A stretch of 64,000 nt of DNA from positions 6,944,001 to 7,008,000 of the forward strand of contig CAVNZM010000014.1 in assembly GCA_963693365.1 (NCBI GenBank), written 5' to 3'. Below, one piece after another: positions 55,242 to 64,000 of the stretch. Every line of letters begins with the position of its first letter. The stretch's first letter is position 1. Below the pieces are notes generated by a model. The model did no database searches. It was not told the origin of the DNA and was given only the letters and a program-made list of their open reading frames with translations. The position numbers were made by a program, and so were the translations under genes. This stretch comes from Amoebidium appalachense (taxonomy: Eukaryota > Protista > Ichthyosporea).

Positions 55242-56017
55242 CGTGTGTGTCTGCTTGTGCACGTGTGTGTATGTGCCGAGGTGTGTGCAGTTGTCTGTTT
55301 GCCGCGTGCGATATCCTTTGTCAGTCAGTGACCACGCATACACCGCAGACCCGCGGTAAAGTGGATGCGACAACAGAAACACATGCAATTAAACAAGACA
55401 GCCATTATTTTGATTCTTCCTCACTGGCATGGCTAAGATGGCCTAAGCGTATACTTACAGGTATAAACGTATATAGGCACATTGGTAATCTGATGTAGGT
55501 ATACCATCCTGTCTATGGTTACACGAAGAGCTAAGCGGAAGACGTGGGATAAAAGATGGGGAAAAGAATGGTTTCATATGACTGTGCTTCAAATTTCCAC
55601 AACATTAATATTGCTGCGCGACCAATCTCACCTACCCCCAACCCACTGGTTAGAATAGTGGAACTTCAAGACACAGCCTTTCACCTATGACTACAATCGC
55701 AAGTGATATACAGCAAATTTACACGGTGTGCTTTCGTTTTTTCCCTGTACTGAAAAGCGCAGTGCACTCTAAAATGATTCTCAATTTCTAACGTCCAGGT
55801 TTGTACTTATCACATGGTGTGCAGGTGTAGTATTGGCCCATGGGAATGTGTTCAGTGAACCAAGAGTGGCTTTTTTCATGTGCGGGTGTGCGCGTCTACC
55901 TTCGCTACGTGCTCTGTATCTCTCAGTAAGAAGTTGTGTGCATATTGCTTAGTTTTGCCTGTGTGCAAGAGAAAGAGAGAGACAACACACACACGCACAC
56001 AGGTGAGCAGATACATA

Positions 56018-56054
<37 letters not shown>

Positions 56055-56155
56055 AGAGGGAGAGAGGGAGAGAGAGAGAGAGAGAGAGGGGGGAGGGGGA
56101 GGGGGAGAGGGAGGGAGGGAGGGGGAGAGAGAGGGGGGGAGGGAGAGAGGGGGGG

Positions 56156-56212
<57 letters not shown>

Positions 56213-56217
56213 GGGGG

Positions 56218-56250
<33 letters not shown>

Positions 56251-56253
56251 GGG

Positions 56254-56286
<33 letters not shown>

Positions 56287-56349
56287 CGCGCGCGCGCGCG
56301 AGAGAGAGGGAGAGAGAGCCTCGGAAAGAGAGGTAGGGGGAGAGGGATA

Positions 56350-56408
<59 letters not shown>

Positions 56409-58675
56409 GCGCGCGCCTGCTGTTGCATTCTTCACGTGCCGCTGCAGATCCTTCTGCGTGTCTATCTCCCTCAGTTCCTGCACGTTTCGTAGCCTCTGTT
56501 GCGCGACCACACTCTCATCGTACTCGTCAATTCCCTTTTTCTTCTCTCTCTTCGACGCCATGTTGAGTGATCGAAAAAAACAGGCACAGATATAATATAG
56601 CAGAATAACCGTTTATGGCCACTTGTCCTATGTATGTTTCTATCGTTCGTCAACTTTCCCCCCACAAGAACTCTTTTCTCTTCCCTATAAAGTTTTTGCA
56701 CCACGCAGACAAAACCCACCTACCGATGTCAAGCATATCACCGATAAGTACCTCCCTCTCACGTGTTCTTGATCTCTCACACCGGCTGAGGCGCTGGACA
56801 CATCACCTTACAGCCATGCTCATGCCCCCGCGTGAAAGATTTACCAGTAAAGCATTATTTCATATCTCTAAACATAGGCTATGAAGAACATTATGTGGTG
56901 TAGTCACCGTGTGAGTTAATGTTACTGCTTCAATCGTCAACTTGGGTGGGGAAGAAAAAAGGTGAACAAACCATAGTCGAGTTCGTGCTGCGATGAGCAG
57001 TTGCCATATATGGTAAGTGCGCGGAGAGGGGTAAGTAGTTAGTACATTCCTAACACGAACAGTGCTCGTTTAACGAGGTATGTAGAGCAGCAGAAAAAAT
57101 ATCGATTTCAATCGTCTACAAATTTTCTGCGTATGCTAAATTTTTTCGAGATTTAAATATACCTAAATCATGTGCGTTACTCAAGATCTTCCCTTATTGG
57201 TGCTATTGTCAGTGTCGCATGTCCCAGTTGTTCACGTGGCTCGTGTAACACTTTGCACTCAGATCTGTGCTTTTCGTGCTGGGCTGCTGACCACACGGGG
57301 TGCGAAAACTAAGGCCTCCTACTGGCGAAAACGTGTGCCACACGTCCGCAATGACTTCTGCCGAAGTGAGAGGTGTCTTTCATTGAATATTTCTCTTCAC
57401 CCATTTTAACGATGGCCCAGTGAGTCAGGTTGCTTCTTTTGAGAGGGTTTTCATTTTCCCAAGTATAGCACTTTTGTATGGATTTGTAGCCCTGCAAACG
57501 TTCGGCTGCTGCGCGCAGCTCACAGCAGTGGTCCGGAAATAAGATTGTATACGGTAGAACAACTTCAGAAGTATTACATAGTATGAGCATGATCATCCGT
57601 GACCCGAGGTCACTAGGCATATTTTTATATGTGGTGGATTTTTATGCCCTAAATTAGGGAAAATAGGTGAAAATATCTGGATTTTCACGTTTCGATTACG
57701 TCACGCAACGAGATGCAGAAAAGGACCTAACTTTCAAGGGTGGGAAGGGGTCCCACTCAGGGGACGTGACACTGTGTGTGTGTAGTGCGGCCTTGTCTAT
57801 TCCTACTGCTGTGAGAGTGTGGGGACATCTCCCTTCCGCGGAGTTTCTCGCTTGAGGAGTGGTTTCTTCGACATCTGGTGGCCCACTGCAACTTACGGTG
57901 ACTTCTACATGCTATCTACGCTTCTACGCGAGCTCTTGGCGGTGGGCTGCTGCAACTTCTTCAACTGCTTCTGCGCTGCGTGAGTGGAGGGGTAGCTACT
58001 GGGTCGTCGAGGAGCTTTCCTTGTGGCTGCCGTGTTTCAGCCTTCAGCAGTATGGCAATGACTGGGTTTGCTTGCATGCATTCTGTAGTTGTACATGTAA
58101 CGTTTTCCTGTGTGTCCTGCCACAACTAGGCCACCTTATCAAAGAGTTAGAGACAGCTTAAGCTTCTGCGGGTTTTCTAGGGGACGGGCCCGTGGGGATT
58201 GTTTTCTCGCTCGGATTTGGTCTGCATTGCTCTTTAAAGGACTGACTTGCTTGCTGTGCCCCGGTAGGTCTTGAGGGGGGCCTGTTGGGGGGCAGCAGTA
58301 ATGATGTCTTCTTGCGGAGTGTGGCCTGGTCATCGTCGCTGCATATGACTAGTTGGAGCAAACTAGTTTCACGCATACACGTGCACTTGTACCTTTGCCC
58401 GCTGGTGTCCTTTGGTCACTTGTTGTTTTATTTTTAATTTCATCGCTGTGGCTCTTTCGAAGTCGGTTATTTTGGTGGTCATGTAGCCTGTGGCTGCACG
58501 TTGCCTTCATATCCACTGGACCACTGATCAATAAATCCCAGCCAAGAGAGAACTTTCAAGTACGACGGACCTTCGTGCACAAGCCTAAGATCATTTGAGT
58601 TATTTTTAGTAACGTTGAGAATGGAATGCACGAACACGTAAAGTTTAGAAAGGGCAGTACTGAGTACTGGCACAA

Positions 58676-58716
<41 letters not shown>

Positions 58717-58980
58717 GTTTCTTGCGAGGCGCCGGCTGGAGTTATTTGCTAGCATGGCTACGCTGCCTGACTTTGGTTTTCGGCTGAGGAATGGGCAAAG
58801 CTGCCAGAGGAAGACAAATAAGCCCTCACCAAAAAATATTTTGATTTCCTTCAAGCGCTCGAAAAGCGGAGTCGGAGGCGGCTGGTAAGAACAGTCTACT
58901 CTCTTCACTGAGTTGGTTTTGTGCTGATGAAAGTGTCTAGAATATGATGTTGCTTCTTTTTGTAACAATTGGGGTCTCTG

Positions 58981-59530
58981 GTCTGCTACTTACAAGATCT
59001 TCCTTAACCCGTCTCCTTGCAGTCGGTCCAACATTAATCTTAACATCTTAGTTCCTTCTAATACTGCTACTTACAAGATCTTCTTTAACCCGTCTCCATA
59101 CAGTCGGTCCAACATTTATACGAACATCTTAATCACCATCTTAATCCATCACCTAAGACCCGTCTCCTTGCAGTCGGTCCAACATAAATCTTAACATAAA
59201 ATCACCTAGAAGAGGAAATAGGCCACCCTACAAAAACGATCTCTTCTCTACTCTCGTCTTTTTGTAGGGTGGCCTATTAATTTAGGAGTTAACTTGCAGG
59301 ATTTTTACTGTTAGTAGGAATATTATGTTGAACCGACTGCAAGGAGACGGGTCGGTGTAACGATTCATGTTTTAGGATGGTGATAAAGATTTTAGTTTTA
59401 GGATGGTGATATAGATTTTAGTTTCAAGGATGGTGATAAAGATGTTAAGATTAATGTTGGACCGACTGCATGCAAGGAGACGGGTCTTAGGTGATGGATT
59501 AAGATGGTGATTAAGATTTTAGTTTTACTG
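58981..59530. mobile_element. Fold-back / MITE-like palindromic element with a central hairpin
   Basis: ACCCGTCTCCTTGCAGTCGGTCCAACAT in three direct copies (about 59007, 59088, 59158) and two inverted copies (about 59325, 59454). Near-perfect ~70-bp arms at 59126-59196 and 59442-59518. Central perfect 20-bp stem at 59217-59236 / 59259-59278. Confidence 0.7.
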
Positions 59531-60768
59531 CCCAGGCGTTTTGCTGTTTGCGTCTTTCCCAATTTCATTGTCACCAAACCTGGAGAAGTTCGCTCCTCTT
59601 TTAACGCAGATTATTCTCTAATACAAATCTACACCAACTGACCAAGCTTGTGCCAGCCAGAGCTTCCTTTTAAATCCTGGTTTCGGGCATTCCTGCCGTC
59701 GTTCTGTTCGTGGCAGTTTTCATGTGGAACCTCACCCATCCCATCATCATCCTCGCAAGGGCTTGTGCAAACCGACTTGTTAACAACTGCTGCAACTTCA
59801 TCGACCGTCGACACAACTCCGCCTCACGAGCACAGAGGACCACACCTACGTAAGCGCGCTGCGAAAACGAATTCAGTAACAGGATGAAGTTGTAGCTAAG
59901 TGACCACTCATTTCCTCCGTTCTACTGTTCTTTTCAGGAATCCTCTGGCGCTAGGTCGTCAACAAAGTCGATTCTTCAACATCTCGTCTCAACGTGTCTT
60001 GGCCTCACAAGCACAGATGAATATGTTTTTTCATAGCGAGCTTAGGTAATTGCAGGAGTTCAGTGCAAGATTTTTGCAAATCAATGCAAAAGTTCTTGCC
60101 GAGTAAGCGAACAGACTGCAACTTCCCCACTTTGTCTGAAGACACTTCGGCCTCTTTGTGTCTTCGGATCTGTTGCGTTTCGATGTGGCCACACAACGAG
60201 TTGACAAAGTTTATGGAATGTGTACTTCTTTGTAGGATGAGAAGAAAATAGACTGAGCTGCCTAGCTTAGTGATCAGTTTTCAAGCTTGACATGGCACCG
60301 TATGGCACCTGGCTGTTAGACACACGTTGCCTGGAGGGGGAGGGAGGGGGGGGGGGGGGGGGGTAGCAGAGTGTGCTATACCAGCTCATAACGGCCTGCA
60401 GCTTCGGTTTGTTGAAACGTGCCCAATAGAGGTGGGGTGTCTGCTGAGGTGGTGACGGGTTTTGGGTCGATGGTGTGGTGTTGGTGGTGGTGTCGGAGGG
60501 TGGGCAGGAAGGGTGGGGTGGGTGGGGGGGGGGGGGGGGGGGGGGGGGGGGGAGGGGGGGGCCGGAGGGGGGAGGGGAATGGCATTGCAACGTGCAATTG
60601 GTTGGATGAATTGGTAGTGTAAATCTTGTAGTAGTTACGATATATTTATTCATCCATGCTTTTGGAATTTCATCCGATCATATTGTCTTTAGAGTCCCCC
60701 CTTTTTTTTTTTTTTTTTTTTTTTCCCCGTTTTTCGGTGTGTGTGGGTTGGTGGTGGTGGTTGGGGAG

Positions 60769-60829
<61 letters not shown>

Positions 60830-61058
60830 TTGGGTTCGCAGCTAGCTGGTCATTAATGTTTTAGATCAGGGTACATCGTCAGGCTGCCCAAAAAGGGCAA
60901 CATATAGAGAAGTGTGTGGTGATTGGCCGTCTCACGTCACCGGGTGGTTCATATGTGAATGTATATCGTACGTAGTACTAATATAAAAAAATGTACACGT
61001 GTACACAAAACACAGACATGTAGACTCTGGTTCAGGTGGTGTCTCCTTAAACCCCCCT

Positions 61059-61096
<38 letters not shown>

Positions 61097-61139
61097 GGCC
61101 CCCCGCCCGCCCCCCCTCCCCCAACACACACACACACGT

Positions 61140-61183
<44 letters not shown>

Positions 61184-62123
61184 GCGCGCACAGATGCGTG
61201 TTGCCCACTGGGCACGCATACAACAGTCACCACCGCCACCACAGCACACGAACACACACACACAACTCGCCGCCACAACCCCCACGCGTACGTTCTCACC
61301 ACCTCAGGTGCACGTGCACATCTTCACACACACACGTACGTGGTGGGCGATGCTGACCAGCCGGGCCGCTGCCTACAATATAGCTACAACATATGCAAAG
61401 GAACCATTTAAGCGTGGAAAAATCTAAATTTGGGCAAACAACTAATTGAAGGCGCAAGGATAAGACCCTGGGCCCCGGGGGGGGGGGGGGAGGGGGGGGG
61501 GGAAGGGGGGAATGCAGTGGTGTACATGTGTGACACTGTGTATGCATGTGTGTGTGTGTGTGTGTGTTGATGTGTGTGTGTTTGTGTGTGTGTGTGTATA
61601 TGTATGTAGCACGGCCCTCTGAACACGTGTTCAGAGGGCCGTGGTATGTAGCCCTACTGACACTCCATGTGACCATGCACGTGCTGATCACATCCCTACT
61701 ACGACGCATTGGGCTACGGCCAATCACATTCGTTCATGCCGCCAGTCAATGGCGCCATATTTGGCAGGTGCCTATGTACCATATTTGGCAAGTGCCTATG
61801 TACATGCCTGTGTGGGTGCTTGCTTCATACAATGTGCCATTCTTGGCCAAACTACTCACGTCCCCCCCCCCCCCCCCCCCCCCCCAACCCCCTTCTTTCT
61901 TTCCCGCTCTAACTATCCGAAAATGCACAACTGACCCGAAATGTTAACACGAAGACGAACATGGTCACCAGACAAACCCAACTATTGTAAGAAAATGTTG
62001 CTAGTGGGTGTTGCATTCGGAGACACGAAAAAGCCTAAGCCTAAGCAAACACAGGGAACTTCCACATTTAAAAAAAACAACAGTATCGAATTAATCCCCC
62101 CCCCCCCCCCCCCCCCCCCATTT

Positions 62124-62227
62124 TTAGTAGAGGTCGCTGCTCTCGACTCTTCTCATCAGCAGATACAGTTTAGCGTCTTGCTCAATCCCCTGCAAACATA
62201 CCCCAACAAGAATGATCAGATATGGTT

Positions 62228-62264
<37 letters not shown>

Positions 62265-62403
62265 ACATCCCCCCAAACGCACACGCACACACGCACACCA
62301 ACCCACATACACAAGCAACCAAACAAATAAACGAAAAAGCACACACACACCCATACACCCGCACACATACACACTTTCTCTCTCTCCCTCCCCCTCCCCC
62401 CCC

Positions 62404-62436
<33 letters not shown>

Positions 62437-63112
62437 CCCCCCCCCCCCCTCTCAACCCCACACGGCCATATTATCACCCCCATATAAACCACCACCATCC
62501 ACCCCCCCACAACCACCCAAAACACAAACCACCACTCGCACACATACCTTCCCTCCAACCAACAAATCCATCGAGCACATACACACTAATCAACACGAAC
62601 ACCACTGCAAAAATCCAGGGGTAATCCGTGCACACACACACACGCACGTACACATGCACCACACCCATTCACATGTACATATATGCACACACGTCCATGC
62701 ACACACAAGCACACATATCTCACACATGCACGCACACCCGTGCACACACACACACATGTGCACACCACCGTATGTACTTATACGGTGTACAGAACAGGAA
62801 CCCCCGTCTTCACAAACCAAACGATAACTTGCAAACCAACAGACACACACGCCACAGACACAGCCTGAATCCAACGGCATCTCTACACAATGGAGAAAGG
62901 TAGAACATGCGCGTTGGGGTGGGGGTGGGGGGTGGGGGGATGGGGGCAGCACGGAGGCCTAAAGGGGGTTGGGGGGGGGGGGGGTGGGGGGGGGGGGGGT
63001 CGGGGGCACGCCAAGCATGCATAGCAGATGCGCTGGGCAAGTAGACGGAGAGGAAACTAATGAATTGGAGCATCACTGTGGAAGGTGTGTGTGTGTGTGC
63101 AAATGCATGCCA

Positions 63113-63164
<52 letters not shown>

Positions 63165-63766
63165 ATGTGTACATGCGTGCGCATGTGAGCCTGTGTGTGT
63201 GTACATGTGCCTGCTTGCCTGTAATGTGTCCCTGTGTGTGCATTGTGTCTGTATGTGCACATGCATGTGCCTGGATGCCTGTGTTTTTGAGGCTGTGTGC
63301 CTGTATGCCTGTGTCTATGAGCCTGTGTATGTCTGTGCCCTTGAGTGCCTGTGTATTCTTCCTGTGTGTGTGCGCCTGTGTCAACTGTGTATTCCTGTGC
63401 CTGTGTGTCTGTGCGCCTGTGTGCCTGTGTATTTCCGTGTCTGTGTGCCTGTGCCTGCCTGTGTACCTTATCCTCGTATCTGTGTTTCTGTGGGTGTGCT
63501 TGTGCCTGTGTGTGTGTGCCTGTGCCTGTGCCTGTGTGTGTGCTTGTGCCTGTGCCTGTGTGTGTGCTTGTGCCTGTGCCTGTGCACATGTGCACACTCT
63601 CACCTGCAGGTTCCTAGCATCCCCCCTCAGGCACATCAGCAGTCCCCCGTAGCTCACATACACTGCCAGCTTATCTTTCTCCTCCTCATCTAGACGGTAC
63701 ACCCGCCCATACATCACATACTCGAACTTATCTGCTAGGGTGGCACGCATCTGGGGGTCGTACTCC
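62124..63766 (-). CDS. POLR2H: DNA-directed RNA polymerases I/II/III subunit RPABC3 (RPB8), last two exons; the 5' part is not identified in the window
   Basis: Exon 63766-63604 encodes [54 protein letters not shown] and exon 62189-62124 encodes [21 protein letters not shown]. The YVMYG, SYGGLLM and YLLMR motifs are diagnostic. Confidence 0.96.
63190..63590. repeat. Degenerate (CCTGTG)n/(TG)n low-complexity tract in the RPB8 intron
   Basis: Repeated gcctgt/tgtgcc units, e.g. tgtgcctgtgcctgtgtgtgtgcttgtgcc. Confidence 0.8.
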
Positions 63767-64000
63767 CTGGAAGGGGGGGAGGGCGGTTTGAGTGTGGCAA
63801 AGGGTGCCAAGTACACATTTATAAATAACCTTAGCGCGAGGAAAGGGTTAGAAGGGAGAAGGGGGGGGGGGGGGGGGGGAGGGGGGGTCAAGGAGGAAAG
63901 GGGAGAGGGGCTTTACAGCTCAGATCACGTTACGAAGCTACAATATGAGAGACTGTGCAGGAGACATCAAGAGGGAGCGGGGGGGGGGGGGGGGGGGGGG

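Larger units (their letters stand above)
44818..56561 (-). pseudogene. RDR: Eukaryotic RNAi RNA-dependent RNA polymerase (RDR1/2/6-like), disabled and lacking its catalytic core
   Basis: Exons 56561-56417, 55958-55900, 55684-55636, 55178-54976, 54376-54175, 53299-53235, 52729-52640, 52290-52173, 51625-51408, 51015-50699, 50107-49892, 49448-49239, 48425-48138, 47093-46962, 45087-44818. Motifs: VFIKGFPN (N-terminal RRM-like), WRRHVDFTSSNSIGQC, IVTPTRI...SNRILRKY...FIRVVFADE, YKFLGFSSSQLRQRSTWF, CAARIGQCFS, FSDGVGQIS, PSAYQVRLGGAKGVL, LRPSMIKF, AFLNRQLV, SFPW. In-frame TAA at 53247-53249, 50072-50074 and 47015-47017; frameshifts near 50815 and 48205; GG instead of AG at 51627-51626; no DxDGD exon. 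Confidence 0.9.

Noticed and set aside
55806-55895. Minus-strand peptide ...YYTCTPCDK suggesting a zinc knuckle
   Set aside because: It is preceded by an in-frame TAG and lies downstream of the donor at 55899 that keeps the RdRP in phase.
58678-58714. Poly-T run as a retroelement poly-A tail
   Set aside because: No target-site duplication or RT sequence is visible, and long homopolymers are common throughout the window.

Overview
Eukaryotic nuclear DNA with many introns, filled with poly-C/poly-G and (CA)n/(TG)n tracts. Almost all ORFs in the supplied track are translations of these repeats. The taxon cannot be fixed from the sequence; a unicellular opisthokont such as an ichthyosporean-like holozoan is a guess. 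Manual splicing with exon-phase checks gives six genes: (1) a 16-exon, ~460-aa putative transcription factor (+, 700-13268) with an HNF1/CUT-like helix-turn-helix domain and no visible homeodomain; (2) RSL1D1/UTP30-family (-, 15864-20911); (3) an intronless CAMK-group Ser/Thr kinase (+, 24805-25668); (4) 19-exon NEDD1 (+, 28119-42555); (5) a disabled RNAi-type RNA-dependent RNA polymerase (-, 44818-56561) with three in-frame TAA codons, two frameshifts, a mutated acceptor and no DxDGD catalytic exons; (6) the 3' end of RPB8/POLR2H (-, 62124-63766). The window also holds a fold-back repeat element (~59.0-59.5 kb) inside decayed intronless sequence, a transposon-like relic in a NEDD1 intron, and several minisatellites. 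Two splicing patterns recur: complementary repeats at opposite intron ends, and (CA)nCAG acceptors with no polypyrimidine tract. No rRNA, tRNA or CRISPR was seen.
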